Shown: positions 11,721 through 24,694 of the stretch, piece after piece
Numbering within the stretch: the first letter of the stretch is position 1
Layout of the letters: each line of letters starts with the position of its first letter
Assembly: GCA_951406725.2 (NCBI GenBank)
Contig: OX597814.1
Coordinates: 53,568,001 to 53,632,000 of the forward strand
DNA length: 64,000 bases
Reading direction: 5' to 3'
Source of the DNA: Octopus vulgaris
Lineage: Eukaryota
Made by a program: the position numbers and the translations under genes
The notes under the pieces: model-generated
Told to the model about the DNA's origin: nothing
Database searches by the model: none
The model's input: the letters and a program-made list of their open reading frames with translations, nothing else

Positions 11721-12714
11721 CTAGTCTCACTAGATTCCATAGGGTGCAAAATTTTACCTTACTTTCTCCTCTCAGACATATACATGACTAGCTACTAACA
11801 ACAGAATCCTGACAAAAAGTACTCTTAAACATAATCCATGGAATATAATTTATAACCCAGTTGAAGCTGCGACGAATTTAGATGTGTTCCTTTTCGTTGC
11901 TCATTTGAAAGTTCATTTTGCCAGAAATATCGGATTATTAAATGCTTTGCACAAAAGTGTTATCCGTATCCTTATTTACATTTAGAAAACCGGCTTGCTT
12001 AGACGTGGATCTATAAATCACTGTTTTCAATATTCCGATATACCATACTGCACACTACCATACTTTTCTAATATCAGTATTGATTAAAATGTGTCAGCTA
12101 TAACATATTATTGATTAAAAGTACACTAAATTTACTATTCTAATGTTGATTTCTTTCGACAAAGCACAAGACCATTCTTTTGTAAAGGATAGCTCAATCG
12201 ATTTTATAGACTACATTGATTTCTGAAATTGGACAAGGTCATATATTTTCAGTGAAGATCATTATCCATTAGATTCACTCTGTACTTGATTAGTACTTTA
12301 TTTTATGAATTCAAGTAGGATTTGAATTCAAAATCGAAAAGGGACATAACTAAATACAACAAGGTATCTTTCAGTTGCTCTACCTATTTTTCCAATTCAG
12401 TACGCTATATTACAATTTCTTTGTAGTGGGAATTATGAGCTGTAACGCTGAACAGTGATTTTATTAAAGTTTCTTTAATCGACATTCTTTTGTTCGTTTA
12501 TTGGTTTGAGCCGATGGTCTGTGGTGTCGCGGAGACAAAGAAGTTAGTGCAATTATATCGATTCCAGTACCCAAGGTATTGTTCTCTATTTATCTAGTGG
12601 CTAAAATTAAAATTATCTGAGTTTGGATATTTCCCTCCCATTATAGACTGTAATACTATTGCACTCTAATACTATTTACACTGGTACACCCAAACACAAG
12701 TTCATCTATGCATC

Positions 12715-12743
12715 TGTGTGAGTGCGAGTGTGTGTGTGTGTGT

Positions 12744-12806
<63 letters not shown>

Positions 12807-12975
12807 CGTGTGTACGACGGGCTTCCGTATACTTTCCTTCTACGCAATTTCCCTCAGAAACCTAAGCTAGAGCAGCAACCCAAGGCTATAGCAAAAGACG
12901 CTTACCCAACGTGGGATCGTACCCGAAACCACATGGTTATGAAACAAATGTATCACCCACAGAGTCATATTTGCA
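12715..12975 (-). mobile_element. (GT)n plus 5' half of a CORE-type SINE
   Basis: cgacgggcttcc...aggctatagcaaaagacgcttacccaa...aaaccacatggtt. Confidence 0.7.
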
Positions 12976-13489
12976 TCTGATGTGTAACATTTGATGTACA
13001 TAATGTTCTGTTAATATGGCTTCTATTTAAGGCACAAGGCCAACACATTGAGGCGCGGTGTAAATCGATACTATCAACTCTAAAAGTTGGCTAGTACTTT
13101 GTTTTAGCCACCTTGAAAGGACCAAAAGCAGATCTCAAGATTTGAACTCAGAACGTAGAGCCGGAAGAAATACTTCAAGTTACCTTCTCTATAATCTAAT
13201 AATTCTACCAGCTAATCGCCTTCGTACTGTGCTTTAATACTTTGGTACTTATCAAAATATAATACCTCTATACTTGTTTATCACAGGTGTTTGGTACCAA
13301 AAATAATCTATCGAATGAATCAATGATAAACGAATAATAGAACATAAGGAGAAAAATAGGTTTCGTTTTGAGACCCCAAACTGTCCTATGGATTGTGGAT
13401 TGTCTCTGGGGGTACGCTTTTATGGTCTAAGCAGAATCTTTGACTGTTTACCAACCTGTGTTATCACAGATCAGTCCGTGATAATGAAC

Positions 13490-13625
13490 ACTTTTGGTGA
13501 CATATAAGGCAATCAACAATCTAGGATGGTCAGGTGTCCCCATCCACTGTACAGTCCGGACCAGGTATCCTCCGACTTCCATCAGCTCAAACCAACGAGG
13601 AATAGTCTTCGCGGATAACGATTTG
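13490..13625 (+). mobile_element. Mariner transposase C-terminal fragment
   Basis: INNLGW then (frameshift) HPLYSPDQVSSDFH..RNSLRG*RF, a decayed HPPYSPDLAPSDF motif. Confidence 0.75.
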
Positions 13626-13689
13626 ATAGCACAAAGTGAAAATGGTTCTGAAGAGGTGGGTACAACAGTTTATACTTGTATTACTAGTC

Positions 13690-14178
13690 CTACGCATTTC
13701 GTATGCAAAACCATAGTAATTCGCAGAGAACATGCCACTTCATCGTCACTCGTCAGTTCGTCAGAACTATCTCTTGAGCTAGTTGAATCTTCACTTCGGT
13801 GGTGGAGGTTGATGAGTGTCTTACTCCATCTTCATGCCTCACGCTTGTCCGGCCATTTTTAAACTTCTTGATCCTCTCATATACACTTCTACGTGGTAGA
13901 ACTCCCCCTGTGGTCAGAAAGCCTACGATGAATTTCAGCCCCTGACACACCTTCAGACCTCAGAAATCGGATCACCGATCTCTGTTCTTCCTTGGTGCAC
14001 ACTGCCAACCGAGCGGTCATGTTTATAATATATAAAAGAAAACTAGAGCGATGAAGGTCAAAGCTGGATTGTATAGTCACAATAATGCTACCTTTTAGCA
14101 CACGAGTGCTGAAGGCAATGCGGCCAATCTAAAGAAAGTTTTAGTGAATGTGCGAATAATTTTTGACTTGCACATGTA
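13690..14178 (-). mobile_element. Mariner 5' part: TIR and HTH region of the transposase
   Basis: CTKEEQRSVIRFLRSEGVSGAEIHRRL and VYERIKKFKNGRTSV; TIR-like tacatgtgcaagtcaaaaattattcgca at ~14151-14178. Confidence 0.85.
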
Positions 14179-14789
14179 CTTTAATACAATGAACGTATCA
14201 TTTTTATTCATTGCCTGTGAACAACAGAGAATAAACTATTCATCATACACCCATACAGCACTTATCGATAGCAAGTAGAAGTTAAGTGTTTTGGTAGAAT
14301 GTGTGATAGGATTCAAAGGGTTGCCACTCGATTAGTAATACGATATCCTGCCAACTAACACATTTGCAACTCGCAAGGACAATGTAGTAAGTATGATGGC
14401 AAATAGCAAATAGTCTATTTAAATTTTCACGTCACACCAGAAGACAAACGGCTGTTTTGGATGAAACAGCACTATAAATATCTAATATCTGATTTGATGA
14501 AGGACGAATCCGTAAAGGAATACGAAATCTAGACGCCTTATTTTCAGTAAAACAACGAAAAGCGACAAGGTTAAAATGAAAACCGTCTCCTTTTTTTAAT
14601 GAAGTACGGTGGTGTAAGATAATATGACAAATGGAGAGGCTCACATGAAATAAGATGCATCATCACTATACACTGGAGGAAACCAATGAAGACGATACAA
14701 GTTAGGTACATGATTGATTTTTAAAATAAAAATCTCCTTTCAAATGAGAACATATTCTTAACACCATTGTCAGTCACACAGCTTCAACT

Positions 14790-14812
14790 ATAGTAGTAGT
14801 AGTAGTAGTAGC

Positions 14813-14864
<52 letters not shown>

Positions 14865-14929
14865 ACAGCAGCAGCAGCAGTAGTAGTAGTAGTACTAGTA
14901 GTAGTAGTAGTAGTAGTAGTAGTAGAAGT

Positions 14930-14976
<47 letters not shown>

Positions 14977-15037
14977 TAGTAGTAGTAGCAGCAGTAGTAG
15001 TACTAGTACTAGTAGTAGTAGTAGTAGTAGTAGTAGT
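14790..15037. repeat. (TAG)n/(CAG)n microsatellite
   Basis: Directly visible. Confidence 0.97.
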
Positions 15038-15761
15038 AAATTTATCTCCCGCCAACAAGTGTTAAACGTATTAGAGTGCAAAGCATACACTAAACAATAA
15101 CAACCGCAACAACAACATCAACAACTTTATCAGCCATCTTCATTTCCAATACTGTCTCCTACGATCCTACGATCCTACAATTTTTGCAAATAAAGATATT
15201 TACAACATTATTTGCCATTATTTTTCTTAACATGACAAATGTGTCTGCTGAGATAAACCTCTAAACAAATTTTTTGCAGCCATTATTTCCTGTGTGTGTG
15301 TGTGTGTCTCCGCTTTAACAGAAAGATAAAATGTTTTAACGTTTCGCAAGCATCTGTATAAATATCAACACAATCTAAATGGAAAACTTCGCGATAAAAA
15401 AAAAACATCTTAAACCAAATGGTGGCAAGTAAGAGATAAAGACAAAAACCGTTGTTGCTGTTGTGTTTGTTGTTCTTGTTTTGGGTCTAGTCTCAAGAGT
15501 AATCGTGTCCTTGAACTTTCAAGACCCTCCAATCCTAATGACTTCAGTGTGGCAGTGTTTAAAGTATATAGTATTCTAATAAGGACGGACGACGTACTTA
15601 GCGCTGGCTTGAAGGAAACATTATAGGAGTGGCCTAAGCTGGAGAGTCAGGTGTATTAGGTTGTATGAGAGGTTATTGTAATTGCGATAAAATAAGCAGA
15701 ATGAAGAGAACGCGTCTGCAATGTTGTTAAGTATTTGTCAGTCTATCCGTTGGTAATGAAA

Positions 15762-15992
15762 AGGCGGCGAGCTGGCAGGAACGTTGGCACGCCGGGCGAA
15801 ATGCGTAGCTGTATTTCGTCTGTCGTTACGTTCCGAGTTCAAATTCCGCCGAGGTCGACTTTGCCTTTCATCCTTTCGGAGTCGATAAATTAAGTACCAG
15901 TTACGCACCGGGGTCGATGTAATTGACTTAATCCGTTTGTCTGTCCTTGTTTGTCCCCTCTGTGTTTAGCCCCTTGTGGGTAGTAAAGAAAT
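15762..15992 (+). mobile_element. Full-length Deu/Nin-domain SINE with Tx1-like tail
   Basis: ggcggcgagctggcag head, B box gagttcaaatt, Deu/Nin block gcctttcatcctttcggagtcgataaattaagtacc, tail tgtcccctctgtgtttagccccttgtgggtagtaaagaaa. Confidence 0.92.
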
Positions 15993-15999
15993 ATATCCG

Positions 16000-16560
16000 T
16001 GGGCAATGAGCAAGATCTGCATGCGGAACAACACCACTGTCTAAAATAGATGGGCAGTATTTCATTGTGAGTGCTTGATCTTTGTGGATAATCAGAGATG
16101 AAGAATTTTTTCTGATTCTGAAGCGGAAAATCAACTTTTTAGATGCAATTTTATCTATATTATGAATATGCAAGTCATCGTTTTAATTTTCGCTGTTCAT
16201 TGTGAATATGATGATTTTATCATCAGTTGGTAGACAAAAGAACGCAACAGCAAATAATTTGTTTGCTGAAGTTATAAACAACATCCACAAACTTTTAGAT
16301 TCATTAGTCTGGGGTAGCTCTGGCTAATGAGGCACATCTATGTCGAAATACTGAACTTTCCAATGTCCTCTTACACTAATGAACTGAGTGTGTTATGAAC
16401 ATGCACCTAAAAGAAACTGTTCTCAAATGATGAAACACATGTCATCGTGTGTATGAATTTGTCAGGAAAGTTCATCATAAGATGTAAGGGTCCAACATTC
16501 ATAGAATGTCTGAGAAATTTAGTAAGGTTTCTTTTTATTAAGCTATAGAAGGCAAGATAC
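16000..16560 (-). mobile_element. Possible CR1/L2-type LINE APE endonuclease remnant
   Basis: Weak translated blocks LTSYDEL..QIHTH and ESKSLWML..FAVAFFCLP; heavily decayed. Confidence 0.35.
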
Positions 16561-17141
16561 ATATTGTTTCTTTGTGAAACTATAAGCAGTAATTGTATAT
16601 TTATTTGTTGAAAATTGCGGTGAATGTTTTCCAACTCTGTTCATTGGAGGCAGTACAGAACTGGTGCTGTGTGTTGAGGTTGCGTGTGAATGAAGAATGC
16701 GTGCAAACGTTTATGGAGAAGTGAAAGTACTGTCAAGTGCGTAGGAGTCAGCGTTATTAAATAGGAAAGGAAGTAGATTATTAATCAGCAGGACGAATAC
16801 AGAGGAATACAATCCAACCATGTCACGCGAAGATTGATAGAATAGGGGCGGGGGAGAACCCCATCAGCGTACGCTAGAATTGTACAATCTGACAGGAAAT
16901 TCCAATCAAATAGAAATGAGAGTGATTGGGTTTGAGAACAGAATTCTCTGTGTGCAGATACAGCTAAATTTCGCATTATTTCTATTAAAAATTATATATT
17001 CATTATTCTTCGGCGAGTGTTTACATATCTAAAACAAATGATTAGCGATACATGCATCTGCATTAAGATTGTATAAAAGCATTAAAACAAATTATTTTTA
17101 CATTTTCTATCTGTGAGAATTAATATTATTATTATTTATTG

Positions 17142-17535
17142 AAAGCGGCAAGATGGCAGAATCATTAGCACGCCGGGTATTAGTGGTATTTCAGATTCCG
17201 CCGAGATCGACTTTGCCTTTAATCTTCTCGGAGTCAATAAAATAAATACCAGTCGAACATTGGGGTTCATGTAATCGACTTACCCTCCCCCCCCCCCCCA
17301 GAAATTTCTGACCAGAAATTAAAGGCGGCGAGCTGACAAATCGTTAGCACGCCGAGCGTGGTGCTTAGCGGGATTTCGTCCGTCTTTTCGTTCTGAGTCC
17401 AAATTCTGCCGGGGTTGACTTTGCCTTTCATCCTTTCGAGGTCGAAAATAAGTACCAGTTGAGCACTGAGGCCAATGTAATCGACTTACTCGCTCCCTTA
17501 AAATTGCTGGCCTTTGGCCAAAATTTGAAATCAAT
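17142..17535 (+). mobile_element. Two tandem Deu/Nin-domain SINEs
   Basis: Heads at ~17142 and ~17322; both carry the gactttgccttt block. Confidence 0.88.
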
Positions 17536-18639
17536 ATTATTATTATTATTTGTGTAGCTAATTTTATTAATTCAACCCGCTTTAAGATAATGGTTATCTG
17601 TATAGCCACTTTCATCAAATTACAATTACGGGAGGCAGGTGATTTGAGAAATATCCTATATACCAAGCGAAAGGTCTTGTTGTCTCTATTCATCCCGTTA
17701 CTTTGATTTTAGTCTACTAAGGCCAGTTTGTGACTCCTTGGCCCTGAATAAATTTCTATTGAATAATATAGTTTGCGTCTACCCCTGTAGGTATATATAC
17801 AAGTATATTCTGTGTTATGGGCTCAGTACGCTTCCGTAGTACCACTCTGATAATCAAGTTATTAAGCAATTCTATACAATGCATTATTTCTTATACTGTC
17901 TGTTCTGGGTAACATTACTTCTATTACATCATCCATCATATAATTTATCATTCATTTATCTATTTATTTATTTCACTACATTGGACTGATTCAAATATAC
18001 GAAATATAATAACTATATGCATGCTACAGTTCTGAAATATATTTTTTTACTTACTGAAAGGCGACATTTCACTCAGCTGACACTCCGATAACCATATTTG
18101 AAAAACCACATGTATAGATCTGCGAGTTGCAAATTTTCCTGAATGTTTATTCATTTGCCATTTTCAGATCAGCTAGAAATAAATCAATTCTATAAATGTT
18201 TCCCCACTGCATAAACTAGTAAATGTGCTTGTTAGATTATGCACTGTAACTTTACTGAGAAAAAGTATCCATCTTGAATAACCATTCAGTATTGCTGTCC
18301 TTTCGTTGTCACACATTTGTTATTATATAGAAGGATAGGTGTATTCCATCTAAAGTGACTCTACTCAGAAGGCTGTAATATCATTTGACAGGAACACGAT
18401 ATAAAGAAATACATGGAACAAGGTGGTAACTTTAAATGTCTTTAATGCCGGCCACACGTATATATACAAGCTGAATGATAAATGGAAATTGTTGATGAAC
18501 ATTTATTCATATCTCTACATACATCTGCGTGTGTTGTATGTTTGCTGTTAACCATGGTGCGGTAGCTCGCGAACAGCGATATGTTAGAACCAGTGCAGTA
18601 TTGCTGGTGCTGTGTAGAGATGTTGTTGACGACGTTGGT

Positions 18640-18840
18640 GAGAGACATGATGGTGGCGACGAAGATGGAGGTCGCTGTAATGTGGTCAGTGGTTAGACCT
18701 TAGAATGTCTGGAACCAACAGACTTCGAGACGAGGAGGAGGTGAGATTTTATAGCTAACGGTAGGCTCAAATGAAGTTTAGAACAGACTGTCTCACGTGA
18801 TTTATTTAGAGGCTGTGATTGGTTAGGTTGCATATTGGCA
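18640..18840 (-). promoter_or_regulatory. Candidate Pol II promoter (2x CCAAT, E-box, TATA) upstream of a Kozak-like ATG
   Basis: Minus strand: CCAAT at 18834-38 and 18818-22, TCACGTGA 18793-800, TATAAAA 18747-53, gccaccatcATG at 18648. Confidence 0.45.
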
Positions 18841-19538
18841 CGCGATAGAGTAAGAGACAAATTTCACCAATACCAACGAATTAGAGTGGTAAACACAGTG
18901 GGGTCTAAAACAGCGCCCAAATGTTAGCTACATTCGTATGTATGTATGTATGTATGTATGTATATATGATAGAGAGAGGAAGTTCACTAGAGTTCACTAA
19001 AAATATATTTTTAGAAACCAAATTGCATATTCTTATTGTATATATTTTTGAAAAAAATCATCAATTTTATACAATAACATCCCTACTTCAGTAAAAAGTT
19101 TTAAATTGTTAAGGCGCTTGTTTAACGATATTTTTAATTATTTATATAAAATTATTACATTTAGCCAACTGACTACTTCAAAATTGGTGAGACGTAAACT
19201 AATTGCTGCAATCGATGTAATTTCAGCTTAAAATTATATATGTACGTGTGTGTGTATATGAATCTATATAAAGACTTATGCATGTATACATACATACATA
19301 TATACATACATGCAAGCTTTCATACACACAGACTCATGCACACATATGAATGTATATGAAGACTATGTATGCATGCGTATATACATACATACTTCATACA
19401 TATATATATGCACATACACACACACACACACATACACACACACACACACAGACACATTCACTCACTCACATATATATAAAGTCTAAATTAGGAATTTTTG
19501 TAAAACTTAACGATAAATATATGGAAAACTACAGAACG

Positions 19539-19621
<83 letters not shown>

Positions 19622-19636
19622 GTGTGTATATATATA

Positions 19637-19708
19637 TATAACCAAGAAAAGGCAACAAGAATGGATCGGTAGTTTAGTACAATTCTTGTTGCTTTTTTCT
19701 TGGTTATA
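19637..19708. repeat. Foldback (~26-bp arms) next to a TA tract
   Basis: tataaccaagaaaaggcaacaagaat versus attcttgttgcttttttcttggttata. Confidence 0.85.
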
Positions 19709-19814
19709 ATCACCCCACATAATTTTATGGTTAATACCATAAAGAATTCTGGTGCATCTAAGTTAAGTACCATATTCATTTGAATTCATTTGAATCTTAA
19801 TTGTTTTGCTGAAA

Positions 19815-19878
<64 letters not shown>

Positions 19879-19887
19879 ATATATATA

Positions 19888-19942
<55 letters not shown>

Positions 19943-20506
19943 TTGTTTTCATTATACTACTGTTGGGCAAGCAATCACAAGCAATCACAGCATGCTTTCA
20001 GTGATGATAATGAGGATGATGAAGAAGAGGGCAGGAAGAGGATGCAATTACTTAACAGGTAACGTGTAATGAAAAGTAAACAAGCTCACACATCGGGCTG
20101 TTTAGCCAAATAACAATTGTCTTGTTGACATGGTCCCTACATTTCCATTAGAAATCGATATTGCAATACGTAAAAGTATCCCAATAATATCAGCAGCAAA
20201 AATGAAACGCGAACCGAAGACCAACCGCAATCTTAACTCTTTGCTGGCTGTATATCTTGCTCAACCAGACATCACCTCCTTGCATCATAACATTTTTGTA
20301 TGAACATAATTTCTGTATGAACATAATGTTTTTTGGTTGCTCTCTTTCGTATTTTAATCATTTTTGTTTCAGAAATTGAAAATGATTGGATCATTAGTCG
20401 GAATAGTTGGAATATAATCAAAACTAGGAATCTGTTTCTTTCCCAATTAACTATAGCGTGTCTACATGTCTGCATATTCATTTTCGCCCAACTGGTATAA
20501 TTAGGT

Positions 20507-20561
<55 letters not shown>

Positions 20562-20613
20562 TATATAGATGTATGATGTGTTGTGTGTATATATATATGC
20601 ATATATACATATA

Positions 20614-20654
<41 letters not shown>

Positions 20655-20687
20655 ATATAATATATATGTATATGTATATGATATATA

Positions 20688-20724
<37 letters not shown>

Positions 20725-20954
20725 TCTTTTACTCCTTTCAGTCATGCAGCTGCGGTCATGCTGGAGTACCACCACATATATATACAAATAGATAGATAAA
20801 TAGATAAATAGACGCGTGTCCTTATAATGCATGTATGCGTATGTGTGTGTGTGTGTTTGTGTGTCCGTGCGTGTTTGTATTTGTACATTCATATGAATAT
20901 ATATACAAATACGAAATACGTATGTGTGTGTCTGTATACACAGACACATATACA

Positions 20955-21014
<60 letters not shown>

Positions 21015-21015
21015 G

Positions 21016-21045
<30 letters not shown>

Positions 21046-21047
<2 letters not shown>

Positions 21048-23474
21048 CTTGATCTGTCCCCCTCTCTCTCTTTTCTCTCTACTCATCCTCTTTTTCTCTT
21101 CTCTTTCCTCTGATTCTTTGGTCTAGTCTTCCACTACCCTCCTATTTCTTTGTCTCGCTCTGCACTCACAGGTCATTCTTCGACACCCATCCCTTCTCCT
21201 CTCTGATTCCTTCTTTCTCTCTCTTCTCTCTCTTTGTTGCGTTTGTCCCTCCTCTCTCTCTCTCTTCCTTTGCTTCTCTTTCTTTTCTTTTCCCTCTTCT
21301 CTGTCACGTGACTGTTGGCCGAAATCTGCCTTTCAGCCTCTGACCCTCGTTCTGTTAACATCGCTGTTTTCGTCCGCCACTATAAAGGCTTTTTCCATTG
21401 CGCCAGAGAAAAAATTTGTTTGCTTGTTATCAGTCGTAAGACACTGTTGTTTTCACCGTTAATGCTTCTGTATTTCATGTTTCTGTATTCCATTATTGTT
21501 TTTTGTTTTTTTATATCTGTCCCTTTTGCTGTCCTGGTGTTCGTATGCATTCGATCCTTCTTCCAGGAAATCTACGCTTCCAGCTTAGTTTTTCTAATGC
21601 TCGTTGCTTGGTTTTTCTTGGAGGGCTGGCCGTGATCTAGTAATCTCAAGATTAATCAGCCGAAATTACTACGATGATCCGGTTCTTGACTGAAGACTGA
21701 GGGTTTCGAATGTCCTGTCCGTGTTTATTGTGTCGTCTTCTAAGAGTTATACGTTCTTGTCTATGTTGTATTTTTCTACATACCTTAACATATATTCCAG
21801 GCGCCCCGTACCCCCTTAACATTTATGTGAGCACATATTCTTAATAATTGGTACGACTCTCTGTTTGTCTCTCTCTCTCTCTCATTTTTACTTGATCTGT
21901 CCCCCTCTCTCTCTTTTCTCTCTACTCATCCTCTTTTTCTCTTCTCTTTCCTCTGATTCTTTGGTCTAGTCTTCCACTACCCTCCTATTTCTTTGTCTCG
22001 CTCTGCACTCACAGGTCATTCTTCGACACCCATCCCTTCTCCTCTCTGATTCCTTCTTTCTCTCTCTTCTCTCTCTTTGTTGCGTTTGTCCCTCCTCTCT
22101 CTCTCTCTTCCTTTGCTTCTCTTTCTTTTCTTTTCCCTCTTCTCTGTTACGTGACTGTTGGCCGAAATCTGCCTTTCAGCCTCTGACCCTCGTTCTGTTA
22201 ACATCGCTGTTTTCGTCCGCCACTATAAAGGCTTTTTCCATTGCGCCAGAGAAAAAATTTGTTTGCTTGTTATCAGTCGTAAGACACTGTTGTTTTCACC
22301 GTTAATGCTTCTGTATTTCATGTTTCTGTATTCCATTATTGTTTTTTGTTTTTTTATATCTGTCCCTTTTGCTGTCCTGGTGTTCGTATGCATTCGATCC
22401 TTCTTCCAGGAAATCTACGCTTCCAGCTTAGTTTTTCTAATGCTCGTTGCTTGGTTTTTCTTGGAGGGCTGGCCGTGATCTAGTAATCTCAAGATTAATC
22501 AGCCGAAATTACTACGATGATCCGGTTCTTGACTGAAGACTGAGGGTTTCGAATGTCCTGTCCGTGTTTATTGTGTCGTCTTCTAAGAGTTATACGTTCT
22601 TGTCTATGTTGTATTTTTCTACATACCTTAACATATATTCCAGGCGCCCCGTACCCCCTTAACATTTATGTGAGCACATATTCTTAATAATTGGTACGAC
22701 TCTCTGTTTGTCTCTCTCTCTCTCTCATTTTTACTTGATCTGTCCCCCTCTCTCTCTTTTCTCTCTACTCATCCTCTTTTTCTCTTCTCTTTCCTCTGAT
22801 TCTTTGGTCTAGTCTTCCACTACCCTCCTATTTCTTTGTCTCGCTCTGCACTCACAGGTCATTCTTCGACACCCATCCCTTCTCCTCTCTGATTCCTTCT
22901 TTCTCTCTCTTCTCTCTCTTTGTTGCGTTTGTCCCTCCTCTCTCTCTCTCTTCCTTTGCTTCTCTTTCTTTTCTTTTCCCTCTTCTCTGTCACGTGACTG
23001 TTGGCCGAAATCTGCCTTTCAGCCTCTGACCCTCGTTCTGTTAACATCGCTGTTTTCGTCCGCCACTATAAAGGCTTTTTCCATTGCGCCAGAGAAAAAA
23101 TTTGTTTGCTTGTTATCAGTCGTAAGACACTGTTGTTTTCACCGTTAATGCTTCTGTATTTCATGTTTCTGTATTCCATTATTGTTTTTTGTTTTTTTAT
23201 ATCTGTCCCTTTTGCTGTCCTGGTGTTCGTATGCATTCGATCCTTCTTCCAGGAAATCTACGCTTCCAGCTTAGTTTTTCTAATGCTCGTTGCTTGGTTT
23301 TTCTTGGAGGGCTGGCCGTGATCTAGTAATCTCAAGATTAATCAGCCGAAATTACTACGATGATCCGGTTCTTGACTGAAGACTGAGGGTTTCGAATGTC
23401 CTGTCCGTGTTTATTGTGTCGTCTTCTAAGAGTTATACGTTCTTGTCTATGTTGTATTTTTCTACATACCTTAA
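21046..23474 (+). repeat. Head-to-tail array of an 843-bp unit (2.9 copies) inserted in (TA)n; PLE-type 3' region
   Basis: Repeat starts at 21046, 21889 and 22732; identical ORF-track entries every 843 bp; one C/T difference seen (22148). Confidence 0.97.
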
Positions 23475-23912
23475 TATATATATATATATATATATACGTA
23501 TGTATGTATGTTCATATATATATATGTATATATGTATTTGTATATATATTCAAACTAATGTATTATCACATCTAACATCTATATTTACGAGAGATTTTTC
23601 TACTTAAGAACCTAATTACAAACCCTCTGCTTCTTTCGATTTTTCTCACGTTTTCTCTCTACTAAATTCCATTCGTTATATCTATATATGCAGGAAAATT
23701 TGTATAATTCACAATAAATGAATACAGGTTTATACACAGAGAGAACTGCTGTATGTATACATGTATATCTGTATGCGTATGTGAGTGTATGTGTACGTAT
23801 GTGTATGCGTATATAAATAGATACATACATACATACATACATATACCGACATGCATATAGAGAGATACATATACAAAAACATATATATATATATATATAT
23901 ATGCACACACGC

Positions 23913-24186
23913 ATAGGAGCACTCTGTCGCTTACAACGACGAGGGTCCCAGTTGATACTCTCAACGGAACGGCTTACTCGTGAAATTAACGTGCAAGTGG
24001 CTGAACACTCCACAGACACGTGTACCCTTAACGTAATTCTCGGGGAGATTCAGCGTGACACAGAGTGTATCAAGGCTGGCCCTTTGAAGTACAGTTACTA
24101 CTCATTTTTGCCAGGTGAGTGGACTGGAGCAACGTGAAATAAAGTGTCTTGCTCAAGCACACAACCAGTCGCCGGGAATTGATCTC
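23913..24186 (-). mobile_element. tRNA-type SINE of another subfamily, head truncated at the MITE
   Basis: Shares ctcatttttgccag.tgagtggactggagcaacgtgaaat with 52955-52995. Confidence 0.75.
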
Positions 24187-24188
24187 GC

Positions 24189-24694
24189 CACTAGGTGGAT
24201 TCCTAATATGCTAAAGATAGACCCCATATGGTCTAACCCCTAAGAAAAATTGTTCTCAAGAAAATTCGGCAAACGCCAGAACCTAAAGCAAACAGGACAA
24301 ATGAAAAGGTATAAATTATAGTGATTAGTCACATACCATTATTTTCTGCAGAGTCATTTCCGGCTTCGGCGCTCCAAAAAAAAAAGACATTTGAAGTATA
24401 CCCCCAAACATAATTGATAGAATTGTATGCATGTTCTCTCCTTAGAGGACGTCCCATGTATAGTTCTGCAGATTATATTTTCCATGACGGTGACGCTAAA
24501 GATTTGCAGACATTTACGTAATGTAAATGATAACAATGAAACCATGGTATGTGACTATACACTATATTTTGTATCTTTTCGTTTGTCTTACTCGCTTTAC
24601 GTTCTGACGTTTGCCGAATTTTCTTGAGAATAATTTTTCTTAGTGGTCAGACCATATGGGGTCTGCCTTTAGCATATCAGGAATCCAGCTAGTG
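24189..24694. mobile_element. CACTA/CMC-type MITE with ~160-bp imperfect TIRs
   Basis: CACTAGgtggattcc...ggaatccagCTAGTG; long inverted arms; flanked by GC on both sides. Confidence 0.88.

Noticed and set aside
21173-23321. Three repeated 106-aa hydrophobic ORFs and 62-aa basic ORFs as a gene cluster or toxin-antitoxin-like pair
   Set aside because: They lack ATG starts, their composition follows the T-rich and CT-rich DNA, and their identity simply reflects the tandem repeat.
21046-23474. CRISPR-like array
   Set aside because: The units are 843 bp and essentially identical, with no unique spacers, and the context is eukaryotic.
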